Below are positions 1 to 14,125 of a DNA stretch of 64,000 bases, in pieces. The notes beneath the pieces were generated by a model. The model was not told the DNA's origin. It worked only from the letters and a program-made list of their open reading frames with translations, and made no database searches. The translations under genes and the position numbers were made by a program. Each line of letters starts with the position of its first letter. The stretch's first letter is position 1. The stretch spans positions 60,822,001-60,886,000 of the forward strand of contig OX597827.1 of NCBI GenBank assembly GCA_951406725.2, written 5' to 3'. The stretch is from Octopus vulgaris. Lineage: Eukaryota.

Positions 1-923
1 ACTTAAATGTTGAAGTGAATTGAACAGCTTTTGTGTGTTTCTTAAATGGCTTACAAACACCTTCCACACTGCAATTGTTTTCATTTCAGCACACGATCTC
101 AGATCAAATCACTTGCTATGCGAGTACATCTCCATAATATATATATATATAAAAGTAGTTTTAGAGACAGAACCACCCTCAACTCAATCAACATTGAAAG
201 ATATTATACCCGACCTTTTATACTTTTATATATATATGAATAAAATATTGAGAGAAGTTCACTTTAGTACCTTTAATTTGAATGTCTCATTCCTGTGGAC
301 TCGGAATTAATTTTCCCTAATAATTATAATAATGTATCTATATCAATCTATCTATATCACCATCATCATTTAACATGTTTTCCATGCTGGCATGGGGGAT
401 GTGTGTGCGTGTGTGTGTGTGGAGGTCCCTCACCCACTGCTTGACAACCATTAATGATGTGTTTATGTCCCTGTAACTTAACAGTTCAGCTAAAGGGACT
501 GATAATATAGGTATTAGGCTTAAAAAAATAAGTACTGGAGTTGACTCAATCAACTAAAAATCTTCAAAGCATGGACACAATCTAAATGGCTGAAAGAAGT
601 GAAAGATAAAAGATAAATAGATGTGGCTTGAACGCTTGCAACATAATCGACCCAAGGTGTTAGATGGAGGTATTAAACAGAGGTCATGGATTAGATCCAC
701 CTCCCATGTAGAATAAAGGGGCCCACTTGGGAGGCAGACTTAATGGCAGGGATGGGGAGGCCAATATTTCATTTTATATACTCCAGAAGAATAAGACATG
801 ATGCAGAGTTGATCTCAGCAGCATTTGAAGTCAAAATGTAAATGATTGAAACTTGATATAGTAAAATATTTTGTTTGCTACTCCAACAATTGACATCAAA
901 GATTAGTTTTTGCAAATACTTAC

Positions 924-1108
924 TAATGAATCTATATTTGTTCTGGATAAGATGAAAGCTTTCATGTGTGAATTTCTGTGCAGTAAAAGATACAAAAGCA
1001 AAGTAGTTTGATCATCTCGAAGTGTTTCACAAAGTGTATTATACAATTTAGAGAAGTCTAGTTTGAAGGTTGCAACAGCTTCCGTTGGGACAGAACTCTC
1101 TGATTCAT
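924..1108 (-). CDS. DYM: Dymeclin coding exon 8 (DESESSVPTEAVATFKLDFSKLYNTLCETLRDDQTTLLLYLLLHRNSHMKAFILSRTNIDSL); gene continues beyond the window
   Basis: CAG acceptor 1109-1111, GTAAGT donor. 185 nt, cumulative 1134 (phase 0). DQ.TLLLY.LLH.N motif. Confidence 0.96.
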
Positions 1109-1887
1109 CTGCAAACAGATAAGGGAAGGAAAACAAATAACATTTGACAAACAGCATTCAAAAATTATATTAAAAAATCAAAATGGGGTAAATAAAACAC
1201 ATTGAAGGTGAATGTGGTTATAGAATTTGTTCAGAATCCTTTGAAAATTAGAGAAATAGTAATTAGTTAAAGAGAGAGATATCAATAAACTGAAGTCAGA
1301 ATCAATAACTACTTGACATTTCTCGTGGTGTAGATAAAAGTCCTTTCATAAGTGGTGTTCATCCTTAACTAATGTGTTTACTCTTGCTCTTTGAATTCAC
1401 CAGCTTTGAACTGACTGCATGTGTTTGAGTTTGGATAAGAATATATATTTGTTATTAGTGATGGAAGAAATATTAGTTCAAAATAGCATTCCGGATATCA
1501 TACTAAAAGCAGATATACTGGTGAAAGCCGGGAAAATGCAGTATTTGTCTCAGGAAAGTATCTTGTATAGACAGATATATTTCTGTGTCTTTTAACACGA
1601 TTATTCTATATGAGATGCTTTTTCAAGATGAATACTACCATTTCCAGGTTTTCAACAGTATATCTGCATTAAGCATGATATACTGAATGCTATGAGAATA
1701 TACTCTTTTACTTGTTTCGGTCATTTGACGGTGGCCATGCTGGAGCACAGCCTTTAAAACAAGAAAACTAATGGGCTCGTCTGGGATATATTTATTAATA
1801 TTACACGGCATATATATATGAGAAGAAAAAGAAAATGGAGATTAGGAAGTTAATAAATGTTTATTATTAACAGCAAAATAACCAGCA

Positions 1888-1968
1888 TTCCTTACAATTA
1901 TTTCAATTAATACCCAGTAAATATTAAATTTATATTTATATGACTTCAGCATAATATCTTCAGAGGGG
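1888..1968 (-). ncRNA. Diverged hammerhead motif (inverted partner of 2069-2132)
   Basis: CCT / CTGAAGA / stem II with an AT-rich insert / GAAAT-AATT-GT-A / AGG. Stems I and III are weakened. Confidence 0.5.
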
Positions 1969-2068
1969 AAGAAAATTACCCTTGGATGTTTCATATGTGT
2001 TTGTGGATTCATTATAGCAGACTGCTATGATGAATCCAAGAACACATAAAAAACATTTTTTTAAACAT

Positions 2069-2132
2069 TCCCTCTGAAGATATTATGCTCAGGTCTTATT
2101 TACTGAGTATTAATTGAAACAGCTGTAAGGGA
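2069..2132 (+). ncRNA. Type I hammerhead ribozyme motif, canonical core
   Basis: TCCCT / CTGAAGA / stem II (ATGCTCAG..CTGAGTAT) / GAAAC-AGCT-GT-A / AGGGA. Stem I TCCCT:AGGGA; predicted GUA cleavage after 2127. Confidence 0.75.
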
Positions 2133-2899
2133 TGGTGATTAATTTGCTGTTAATAATAAACAATTATCAACTTCCCAATCTCCATCTTCTTTTTCTTCTC
2201 TTATAGGTTTTTATATATACATCTATTATTTTAAGGAAATTCATTTCCCCAAAATACTAGGTATTGAACTAGTATTTCCTTGGATGAAACCATCCCTTCA
2301 TGAGGTTAACACAACCTCTAACCAAATTTATATATGAATATATATATATAGATGTGTGTATTTTTCCCTTGTTAACAATTAACATGGAAAAAAATAGATA
2401 ATTAGTTACCAGGGTAGCAAAAAATCACACAAGTAAAGAGGTTGTAACTCCTTGTTTTTAAAGGTAGAAACTTTAAGTTTATGTGAAATTTTTTGTATAA
2501 TATATAAATAAATAAATGGAGTTTAACGCAGGTATAATTCAAATACTTTTACTTCCGACACGTTTCGAAGATATCACTGATAGCACAGGTGTAATTCAAA
2601 TATTATTAATATCAGTGATATCTTCGAAACATGTGACGGAAGTAAAAGTATTTGAATTACACCTGCGTTAAATTCCATTTATTTATTTATTAATATATAT
2701 ATACATATATATAGAAAGAGAGAGAGAGAGAGACAAGGGGAAATACTGTCAACAGGTAGGCAAAGGTAATTTGAATAAAAAAGCAGGTGGGTGCAAGGAG
2801 AGCTGAGCAGATACGTAGATTAATAAAAAACAGATAGAGATAGAGAAAGAGACACACAGAGATGGATAAGATATGGAGAGAAAATAAAGGTAGACTTAC

Positions 2900-3091
2900 C
2901 TTGAGAATTGGTGAAAGAGCAGAGTGCCTGTCGATATGGGTTAATCATCTTGCGTTCCCCTGTACAGTGATTAGCCAACACTAGTACAAACAGAATGCTT
3001 TGGTTGGCTAAAAGTGCTTCAGTGATAAATTCATCTTCTTTCTTTTTGGCAGTACTACCCATTCCAAGTGTCACAACATTCCAAAGACCAG
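2900..3091 (-). CDS. DYM: Dymeclin coding exon 7 (SGLWNVVTLGMGSTAKKKEDEFITEALLANQSILFVLVLANHCTGERKMINPYRQALCSFTNSQ)
   Basis: TAG acceptor 3092-3094, GTAAGT donor. 192 nt. GLW.V.TLG, LANQS...LVLAN and NPYRQA motifs. Confidence 0.96.
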
Positions 3092-3332
3092 CTAGAGAAA
3101 ATATAGACATATATTTATATACATATGTACATCACACACACAATTATATATATATATATATACTATGCATACTGTACTTATTGTATCATATTACTCTTTC
3201 ATGTACACTGTTTTGTTCTATATTATTATGTTTGACCTTAATGTTCATATGTAGTGGTTTAATAAATTATGTGATTGGGTATCATCTGGTAGTTGACCAT
3301 TGATTAAGATGTGTTTCTCCATTTTCTTATTT

Positions 3333-3386
<54 letters not shown>

Positions 3387-5099
3387 CAATATATACAAAT
3401 ATGACTAAACAGGTAAAGATTAATGAAGTACAAACAAATGAATAGAGAAACCGGAGCTCTATATATTTGGCAAGGAATTTGAGATATAGTGGGAGAGAAT
3501 GTCAGTAAGAAAGGTACAGATATATATGGTGAAAGACTGAAAGACTTTGCTATGTGAAAGTATAGTCATTAGATAATGTACAGCAGAATTTATTTTCTCC
3601 GTTAGCAAAAAGGGAGCCTCTTTATGTTTAAGTTAAAAGTAGATGTGTGAAGCTTGCATATCGAGTGCAATTACATGGTGATAGCAATATTCATTTCAGC
3701 TTTCAGCTAAAATTCCTTTGTGAGGGCCTCTGAGCCGAGCTGGAGAAATGGAGGGGAACTTTTTCATCCTTGGGCCAGAGACCTAATCTGAATGCTTACA
3801 TCAGTGTAAACACTAATAAAGAGACCTAAGGGCTGGGTGATGTACTGACCCTTTTGATACCAACCCATCTGAGACTAACCTGGATCTATAACGCAAACTT
3901 CCTGTTTTGACCGTTATCATTTAAACCAGCTGTATCCAGTCAAATATTCTGTTTGTTTTATTTGCAAAGTGACCAGAGCTGGCCTCTCACACTTATCCTA
4001 CAATGTCATTCTAAGAATAAACAACCTGGCGTTAGGAAGGGCATCCAGCTGTAGAAACACTGCCAGATCAGATTGGGGACTGGTGTAGCCTCTTGGCTTT
4101 CCCAGACCCTAGTCAAACCGACCAACCCATGCCAGCATGGAAAACGGATGTTAATGATGATGATCATCATCATTGAAATTTCAAAGCTACAAGATAATGT
4201 ATGATTAATTCAAAATGATGTGAGTGAATAAGTATCACATCTGACAGAGTAATCTGAATGCTAAAGCGTTAAAGAAATCTAAATTAAAATTCTTTGCCAA
4301 AATTTCATATTAATTCATGTTCCAAACACCAGCTTAATAATGACTAAATTATTTTACTAAATTCTTCATTATTTTCAAAATTAATATTGAAACCGAGGCA
4401 ATGTATTTGGTCAGGAATATGGCAACAAGAGTGCTAAGCCAGGTGTACTAAGGAAGTCTATCAACCAATACAAGTTAAAATAGTTTGGTCTACCAATTTT
4501 CCTCATATGGTTAGGATATTAACATTTTAGACTATGGTAGCAGTCACAGGCCCAAAGTACTGTGCAATTTGATATCATCATCATCATTCAATGTTCCTTT
4601 TCCACGTTGGCATGGTTGGACAGTGTGACATGAACTGATGAGCTAGAGGACTTTACCAAGCTCCAACTATGCTCTGGCATAGTTTCTACAGCTGGATGCC
4701 CTTCCTAATGCCGACCACTTCACAGAGTGTATTGGCTGCATTTTTTTACCGGGTATCAGTACAGATGGGGTCACCAAGTACCTGCAGCACAAGATCTCCC
4801 CCCACCTCAACTAAGTGGGGTATAGAGGGATATGAAAGTAAAATGGAAGGACAGTGAAGCAAGTGTCTTGCTGAAGAAAGGAGTACATGGCTCCCTCATC
4901 AGGAAAGAGAGAGATGTAAGATCAAAGTTCAAGGTGAATATGAGAGAGAGAATAGGGATATGGAAAATCTAAAAGAGTTGTTTATTAAAACAATGCAGGT
5001 TAATTTATAGTTTATTCAGATGTTTCATTGCTGGAGACTTTTATGTCTATGATTTCGGTCTATTACATCAACCATTGTACTTTGTCATGTAACATATTT

Positions 5100-5615
5100 T
5101 ACAGTCTTCTTCTTCGTCTTCCTGCCTTTAGCCTTCCAACACGGAGTATAGGCCACTCATAGTTGAATTCCATGTCGCATAATTTTTGGCTTCTGTACTT
5201 ATACTCTGCCATGAATATCCCCCTTTCTCTAGTTCCTTTGGTGCTGATCTCCACCAGAAGTTCTTAGGCCTACCTCACCTTCTATATCCATCTGGTTTCC
5301 ACTGTAAAGCACTTTTCGCTACATTCAGTATGTCTTTTCTAATTGTGCTACCAATCCACTTCCACTTTTTCTTAAATATTTGCTCCCTAATCGAAACTTG
5401 ATTTGTTCTTTGCCATAGCTCCATATTGCTTATGTGTTTGAGCCATCTAATTTTAAGTATACTATGCAAGCATCTGTTGATGAATGATTGTATTTGCTTA
5501 TTTGACTTAACTGTTGTTCGCCATGTCTCAGCTCCATACAATAACACTGCTTTTATGTTAGCGTTAAAAATTCTTATTCTGTTCTTTATTGAAATTACAC
5601 TTGCGCTCCATACTT
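5100..5615 (-). mobile_element. RTE-like LINE 3' fragment
   Basis: LLYGAETW, FINRCL.SILKIRW, ISNMELWQRT, WKWIG; (GAA)n-like tail near 5106. Confidence 0.85.
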
Positions 5616-7554
5616 TTTTTTTAACAGGTCATCTATCTATAATACAGTCATCTATCTATAATAATAAACATGAAATTCTGTCTGTCCATTGGAGATCCTT
5701 GTATTTCAGTCTACATTTGCTCTATAACATTTTGGAATCAGGATGATCCTGGGATTGAAAATCTGCCCTTCATTTGGTTCATGAACATCCAGCATTGGGA
5801 TCTGATTTAAAAGCATTTGGGTTGCTATTTCTAGCAGGTAAAGCTTGGCTGATTCACGCCATTTTAGTTGGCGACCGTCAGATAACATCAAAGATCAAGG
5901 GGGAGATAAATGACATTTGCTTTAATTTTACATTGGGACAAATTGGCCAACAGTTGGAATTCAACTTGGAACTGGAACAATAGAATGATTGCATTATAGA
6001 ATTAATTTTCGTCCATCCTTAACCTCTGATCAAACCCCACTGGGGTATATAGTAATTATAGATGTATTATAGTCATGCTATTTAGCCGTTTAGTTTTGGG
6101 CCACAAGCCCAATTGGCCCTCCACAGGAGCTAGCTTAAAAGTCCACATGGAGTGCAGTTTTTAAGCTAGTCAAATAATAATTTAGTCCAGCTTAGTGTAA
6201 GGGGGTGTAACTCACACTAATTACTAGATACTGCCCAGCATTTCGGTTCAACTGATTTATAAGTATTCTCTCACTTACACACAATTACCAACACGCTGAC
6301 ACATACACATGCAACTGGCAGAGTCGTAAGAGCACCATATAGACTGCTCTATGGTAACTATTCTGGCTCTCTGAATCCTGAGTTCAAATCTTGCTAAGAT
6401 CAATTTAGACTTTCGTCCTTTCAGAGTCGATAAATAAAGCACCACTCCTGCATTGACATTCCTTTTATCTTCTCTCCTTTCACTTTATTTCTCTCTTTCT
6501 CTTTAGAAGAAATCAGCTCTGGTCAGACCTAAGAAGATGAGCCCCATCAGATCTAAATAATGCCCAAGACATACAATTTGTTATGGCAGAGCTCCTATAA
6601 CTCTATTTAAGAGTTGGAGGACAAAGACAAGGCATAAAACAGTCTTCCATACAGTTTCCACCTGCTGAATTTCCCTCAAAGTTTTAGTCTATTCAAGGTT
6701 AATGGTTTCATAATGAACAGCACTGTGGGGTTGATCCTAGAACCTTGTGGTTGTAAAGCAAACTTCTTAATCACAAAACCATTGCTCTTTTACTCTTTTA
6801 CTTGTTTCAGTCATTTGACTGCGGCCATGCTGGAGCACCGCCTTTAGTCAAGGAAATTGACCCCAGGACTTATTCTTTGTAAGCCTAGTACTTATTCTAT
6901 TGTTCTCTTTTGCCAAACCGCTAAGTTATGGGGACGTAAACACACCACCATCGGTTGTCAAGCGATGTTGGGGGGAACAAACACAGACACACAAACACAT
7001 ACATATATATATATATATACATACCTATATACGATGGGCTTCTTTCAGTTTCCATCTACCAAATCCACTCACAAGGCTTTGGTCGGCCTGAGGCTATAGT
7101 AAAAGACACTTGCCCAAGGTGCCACGTCGTGGGACAACCCGGAACCATGAGGTTGGTAAGCAAGCTACTTACCACACAGCCACTCGTGTGCCTCTAGCCA
7201 CTTACCACACAGCCACTCAATGATTTCAAACATAAAAGCAAGGAATTATTATATGAAAAATAATAGGGATTTACTAGGGAAAAAAATATTTCCTTATAGA
7301 AAAACCCTAGTTACAAAAGAGCAAATATTGATGCAGGTATGGCTGTGGTAACATGTTTGCTTCCCAACCACATTGTTTCAGATTCAGTCCTACAGTATAA
7401 CACCTTGAGCAAATGTTTTCTTCTATAACCATGAGCTGACCAAAGCCTTGTGAGTTGATTTGGTAGATGGAAACTGAAAGAAACCTATTGTGTGTGTGTG
7501 TGTGACCCTACAACCTTAGATTGGTACTTTTTAGTGACCATATCAAAAGTGAAG

Positions 7555-7890
7555 CTACATGGCTCGGTGGTTTGCGTTGAGCTCACAGTTATGAGGTAGT
7601 GAGTTAAATTCCCAGACTGAGCTGTGAGTTGTATTCTTAAGCAAGACACTTTATTTCACGTTGCTCCAGTTCACTCATCTCTAGAAAGAAGTTGCGACAT
7701 CACTGGTGCCAAGCTGTATCGGCTTTTGTTTTTCCTTTGGATAACATCGGTGGCGTTGAGAGGGGACACTGGTATGCATGGGCGATTGCTGGTCCTCGAT
7801 AAACAACCTTGCCCGGATTTGTGCCTTGGAGGGGAACTTTCTAAATGCAGTCCCATGGTCATTCATGACCGAAGGGGGTCTTCTTTACCC
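7555..7890 (+). mobile_element. tRNA-derived SINE with Meta-domain-like segment; copies 17262-17575(-), 27465-27790(+), 37470-37800(-), 63755-63980(-)
   Basis: AGCAAGACACTTTATTTCACGTTGCTCCAGTTCACTCA segment; shared 3' end GACCGAAGGGGGTC. Confidence 0.75.
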
Positions 7891-8090
7891 TATCACAAGA
7901 ATGAAAAGCAAAGTCGCCTTTGGCAGGATTTGAACTTAGAATGTAGAGAATTGGAACAAATACTGCAGACATTCCTATCCAATGTCCTAAAGACTCAGCC
8001 AACTCGTTGCCTTATTTCTTATGCTTATTACATGAGTAAATGGTAAACTTGACCTAGCAATAAGAACAAAGAAAGTAAGTGGGTACATAC

Positions 8091-8224
8091 ATGCTACGGA
8101 CGATGTCAGGTTATATAACATGCCGCTATTGTTATTATTCGATTTAAACAATTCTGCAGGGCATTTTTCTTGGTTGATATAATTTCTCAGAAGAACCTTC
8201 ATTAATAAACAAGCATGCATTGAA
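8091..8224 (-). CDS. DYM: Dymeclin coding exon 6 (CSMHACLLMKVLLRNYINQEKCPAELFKSNNNNSGMLYNLTSSVA)
   Basis: Pyrimidine tract plus CAG 8225-8227, GTATGT donor. 134 nt. Matches LVKTLLYNFIRQEK..GLLYGLASGVA; overlaps ORF 7987..8220. Confidence 0.93.
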
Positions 8225-8424
8225 CTGAAAAGAAAAGGAAGAAGATTTTTTTTAGAAAGAGAAACGCATTACAGTTAAAGAAATACAGAAAGGTTATAAG
8301 CTCATGGCATACCTATTTGACAAATAAGCAGCCTTCGTAAATGAAGTTAGTATTTCATATCTGAGAAGGAACTTTCTAGATTCCTGCACCCCAGTTTTCT
8401 TTTTTCCATACACACAACAAATTA

Positions 8425-8586
8425 CCATATTTTAATATGTATAAGGAACCATTTTCTGTTAAAAATCAGGTTTAAAAAATATGGGAGTTTCTTATACATG
8501 GATAGTATTATAATCCCTCGCAAGACCTTTTCTCCAAATTTTAAGCCTCCAAAATTAGGGGGGTCCTTATACACGTTAAAATACGG
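8425..8586. mobile_element. Tc2/pogo-like MITE
   Basis: TA-CCATATTTTAATATGTATAAGG .. CCTTATACACGTTAAAATACGG-TA. Confidence 0.65.
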
Positions 8587-8762
8587 TATATGTTATTTAT
8601 GATGTAAATTGATCAATTTTCTTACTTTATATGACACCATATGGTAAAATAAACCTCTCCTCTGAATTACAGATTGTAGCTAATAACCAACCAACCGTTC
8701 ATCTATCCTTCTCTGCCCACTATTCATGGAAAAGTTGTAGGGATAGAGTCCTCAGATACCTA

Positions 8763-9274
8763 CCATAAATCCTCGAGTATAGTCCACCCTTGAGTATAAT
8801 ACGCAGGGGATTTTTAGGTGGCTGTACCTCTGAAAAACCTAAACCTTGTGTATAATACGCACCCCTTCTCTAACTTGAGTCAAGGAGGTCTATATAACGT
8901 CCCTGGTTTGTAAAAATGTATACGGTAATGTCCTTTATTATTATTGTACATATAACATAATGCAAACGTGTAGCTTTTTTGTGCATTTAGTTTGCAGAAA
9001 ATAAAGAAATAACAGTAATAACGTTTAATAAATGTTGCTTCCTGCAAGTTATGGATGATTCTTTTATGACTTCATTGCTTTCAGGCTTAGCTTAAGGTAT
9101 TTTTGCACCCGACATCACAAAATGCATCTGAACAAACATTGCTGGACAGCAAATAGTGACTCGGACATTGCTTAGAAAATATTTTTCATTTTTAACCTCG
9201 TATATAGTACGCATTAGGGATTTTGACCCTTAAATTTTGGGGGGAAAATGCAGATTATACTCGAGGATTTACAG
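8763..9274. mobile_element. Tc2/pogo-like MITE
   Basis: TA-CCATAAATCCTCGAGTATA .. TATACTCGAGGATTTACAG-TA, with subterminal GTATAATACGCA repeats. Confidence 0.8.
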
Positions 9275-10619
9275 TATTTATTCCATAGGTCTGTTCTATC
9301 AGAAGCAACTACCATTAAGCCTTCCTGATGGATTCCCAAACATGACCAACTGAAACTATGGATATTATTTGACTACCTTGTTCTTGGCCTATCCTTAGGT
9401 CCCTCTGATTGGCTCTGCTTGAAGAATCTGTTTTGCAATATGTCCTTAGTACCAGAGCTGTGACCTCTCAATGCAGAAAAGTAGTGGTTCAATATGCAGA
9501 GACTCCCAGATCTCAAAGTTACACAACCTGTTGATTAATGTCATTCTAGAGACCCTTTAGAGGGAACTCATTTCAGCCACTTGTATTCACGATTGTACTC
9601 TTTCGGTCATTGCCCCTCTGACGATAGCAAGTTTGGCTTTTCCACCAACCTCTCCTCTTTTGAGGATCAAATGCTGGAACTGATGCACAACTGTGCCAGC
9701 ACCTGCAATTCTAGGGTCCAATATAGCCTTTCCTGCGTCCCATTACTTGTGAATAAGGCCCAAGATATTTACACTTCTCTGCTTGTTTCAGATAATCAAA
9801 TATAGACAATTATAAATTGTAACCAATAATCAATCAGATATATTGTGGCCATTTGGCCAGCTGGACGTAGAGGACAAATCTGCATGCGGTAGCTCAATCT
9901 GCTAGAGATAGTAGCCAAATCAGCATACAAAAAGAAAAGGAAAGACACATTGGATAATGTAGTCTTAGATGCAATATATATGGAAATAAGTTGGGGTGGT
10001 CATGACTGGAACATCTTTCATCATAGGTCTCCAATATGAGGGCTGATCTGCAGTCAAAGTACAGAGAGCAAGAGAGAGAGAGAGACCCAGACTGACAGGA
10101 GCAAGTGGATGACAGAGGAAAGAGAGAGAGAATGATAAATGATTGTGGTTAAGAAGGTTAAACAGAAGCAATATGATAGAAAATGTGATAATAGAGAGAC
10201 AGTAGTTGGGGGGGGGGGAAACCAGAGTGAAAGGAAAAGGAGAGAGGAATGAGAGAGAAACGGGCTGTTATGTGTTAATTGTTAGTAAAGAGATAAAACA
10301 GAAAGAGCAAGAATGGTGTGGTGGGGGTGGAGAGAAAAAGTTGTAGGAAGGCAGCAAGGTGATTGATGACAAAGTACTGAAGTGGGAGAGAATGATGGGA
10401 GGAAACAAGGTGATTGATGATAGAGCAGTGAAGTGAAAGATAGTGACAGATGTCCACAACAGGTGAGAGAGAGAGGATTACTGTGAGATGGATTGATATA
10501 ATAATGAAGGTGGATGAATGTTAAGACAGCAGCAGTGATGGGTGTTCACAATAATTGGTCAGAGGAGTAATGGGGAGTATTAAAGAATGTTGATGATTAG
10601 GGGAGGATTATGGGAGAAT

Positions 10620-11167
10620 TATGAAATTCGATGACTGGCGTCCGTGCTAGCAGGGTGCAAAGAGCACTGTACGAGCGTGATTACTGACAGCGGCTAACCG
10701 ACTTCTGTGCCAGTGGCACTTAAAGGGCACCATTCGAGCGTGATCGTTACCAGCGGCACCTTACTGGCACTTGAACCATGTGCTAGTAGGGTGCCAAGAT
10801 CACCATCCAAGCGTGATCGTTGCCAGAGCAGCCAACTGGCTTCCGTGCCAGTGGGCATGTAAAAGGGCACCATTCGAGCGTGATCATTACCAAAATCGCC
10901 TTCTGGCACCTGTGCTGGTGGCATGTATAAAAGGATTCGAGCGAGGTCGTTGCCAGTACCACCTGACTGGCCCCCGTGCCGGTGGCATGTAAAAGCACCC
11001 ACTACACTCTCGGAGTGGTTGGCATTAGGAAGGACATCCAGCTATAGAAACTCTGCCAGATCAAGATTGGAGCCTGGTGCAGCCATCTGGTTCGCCAGCC
11101 CTCAGTCAAAATCGTCCAACCCATGCTAGCATGGAAAGCGGATGTTAAACGATGATGATGACGATGA
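10620..11167 (+). mobile_element. RTE-family 3' UTR copy with internal ~60-70 bp subrepeats; similar tails at 4025-4165, 4575-4740, 18160-18540, 18715-18910, 21213-21480, 29436-29825, 43658-43980, 48953-49205
   Basis: Shared GGCGTTAGGAAGGGCATCCAGCTGTAGAAA..CCCATGCTAGCATGGAAAGCGGACGTTAAACGATGATG end, identical in type to the tail of the RT-bearing copy at 60750-60903. Confidence 0.8.
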
Positions 11168-11342
11168 ACTAATCCAGTATAAGCACAGGCATGGCTGTGT
11201 GATGAGAAGCTTGCTTCCCAACCACATGGCTGTGGGTTCAGTCACACTGTGTGGTTCCTTGGGCAAGTGTCTTCTATTATAGTCTCAGGCCAGCCAAAGC
11301 CTTGTGAATAGATTTGGTAGATGGAAACTGAAAGAAGCCCAT

Positions 11343-11392
<50 letters not shown>

Positions 11393-13730
11393 TCCCATCA
11401 CTGTCTAACAACCAATGTTGGTGTGTTTACATCCCATAATTTACGATTCAGCAAAAGGGACAGCTCAAATAAGTACCAGGCTTTAAAAAAACAAAAAAAG
11501 AAATTCTGGGGTCAAATCATGAAGGCAGGGCCCCAGCACGGCTGCAGTCTAATGACTGAAACAAGTAAAAGATAAAAGATAATCCAGAATATTAATGCCA
11601 TCCTTCATTACACGGAGGTAGAGTGATAGTAGGGAGGTAGATTGATAGGAAAGACGTTGACTGATAGATGTTAGAGTAATGAAGATAGGGGGAAGGGAGA
11701 AAATGATGGATGGGGACGTAATCTGACTACAGTGGTCAAGAGATATTCAAATGTTTATATATTATACACCACACTCTCCATCAGTATCCCATCATTTTAT
11801 ATGTTTTTTCAAAGCATGCATGGGTGAAGCAGGTTTTCTCTGATGCAGCATTCTGTCACATGTCACAATCCTTTGTCATCTCTTTCATGAGATTCAGCCT
11901 CTTCACAGAACAGTTCTCTTCATTTCATGCCATGCTTCCATTCATTTCCTCTCTCCTACCTTCCATTCACTTGGAACATTTGGCAATTCTTTATATAATC
12001 ACATCCTCCATACATATCACATGCCCATACCAGCATATTCCTCTACTATGCACATTACAATCCAATTCCTATGACATCCAGTTTTTCTATCAGCACATTT
12101 ATGTTTAGCTGTTCATGCACACTAACATTATACATCTAGTAGAGTATGCTTGCATTATTTCTTTCCAAGCCTTCACAAACCCTTCACATTCAAGGCCCAG
12201 TTTCCACTACCATGCAAGCACTGCACTTCATACACAAACATCAAGCAATTTGTTCTTTACTCTGATAATGAAACCCTTATTGTTACCCTGTTCTTACTCT
12301 AGTAATTATGCTTTTAGAAAATTTGTTCATCACTCCAATACTGAAACCCTTATTGTTACCCTGTTCTTATTCTAGTAATTTATGCTTTCAGAAAATCCAT
12401 CTCCATTACTAATACAACAGGCTTCTGCACACTTTCTGTCAACCAAGTCAACGAGGTATTGTTCAACACGAGACTACAGTAGAATACTTGCCCAAAGTTC
12501 CACAGAGTGGGAGTGAACTTGGAACCACATGATTGCAAACTTCATAACCACATGGTTATAATTACATAATTAATGTAAATATTCTAATTGTCTGCAGTGT
12601 GAAGTAGAAGGCAGAGGCCTATACAACAAGATCTGTTCCTAACAATAGCCACAAATATTTTCTATGACACAATGTAGTCTGGTCTATTAAATATCCATGC
12701 CATCACTGAGTCAATCAACTCAGACAATGAAGACCATAAATAATAGTTTCTAATTTAGGCACCAAGGCCAGCAATTTTGAAGGGAGGGGGAGTCAGTTGA
12801 TAGCATCAGTCCTAGTACTTGACTGATACCTTATTTTATCAACCCTGGAGTGACAAAAAGCGAAGTTAAATTTGGCAGGATTTGAACTGAGACTGTAAAG
12901 AGCTGGAACAAATACCACAAGTTTTTTTGGTCCCCTCACCCCCCACTGATATTCTAACAGTTCTGATAATCTACCACCTTAATATGGACAATAAATGACG
13001 TAAATGAAGACTCCTACAATCCAGTCAGACCTGCCATTATGAACAGAAATTTTCTTGATATATTTCAAGAACCCAATTCTGTTGAGAAGCAATATTTGAT
13101 TAGTGAGTAGGTAGAATCATCAAGGTGCCAGACAAATTACTCTTTTACTTGTTTCAGTCATTTGACTGTCACCATGCTGGAGCACCGCCTTTAGTCGAGC
13201 AAATCAACCCCAGGACTTATTCTTTGTAAGCCTAGTACTTATTCTATTGGTCTCTCTTGCCAAACCACTAAGTTATGGGGACGTAAACAAACCAGCATTG
13301 GTTGTCAAGCTATGTTGGGGGGACAAACACAGACACACATACATATACATATATACGACGGGCTTCTTTCAGTTTCTGTCTACCAAATCCACTCACAAGG
13401 CTTTGGTCGACCCAAGGCTATAGTAGAAGACATTTGCCCAAGGTACCACGCAGTGGGAGTGAACCCGGAACCATGTGGTTCATAAGCAAGCTACTTACCA
13501 CACAGCCACTCCTACACTTTGGAAATTTCTTAACATTTCTTTTGTCATTACATTCTGAGTTCAATGTAATTGACTTAGCCACTCTACCAAAATTGCTGGC
13601 CTTGCACCAAAATTTGAAACCAATATTTGATTAGTGAGAAATATAAGACATCCAGTGGAAGAGAAGTAGTTAAATTTGAGAATTGACAGCTATATTAATT
13701 TACCCTTTTGTTACCATCTTTTAGTAGAAA

Positions 13731-14125
13731 CTAGCAGTATCGCCCGGCGTTGCTCGGGTTTGTAAGGGAAATAATTATATAAGCATTTTTAGAGATGTAA
13801 AGTATAATAGCCATCTCAATATGGCTAACCACAAAGGGGGAGGGGTGTTACTGTAGCTTTTTACGTTCTGAGATTTAATAATAAATTTTAGAGAGTTACT
13901 TCCCTTATATATGTCAAAAATGGATTAAAAATGGGAAAAATTGATGGTAAATTTTTTTTTAAATCGTAGACTCATCGTAGACGCGCGCTAATACCCAGAC
14001 GGTCTCGATATGAATCACGACTATAAGATACCCGGTTTTGGTAAAACTGCACCGCAAAATGTGGGAGTAGTTAGGAATCTAAATCGTAGGAGACAGACAC
14101 ACAACCTCACTTTTATATATAAAGA
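13731..14125 (-). mobile_element. Non-autonomous Helitron
   Basis: On minus: A|TCTTTATATATAAAA .. CCCGAGCAACGCCGGG hairpin .. CTAG|T, no TSD. Confidence 0.8.
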
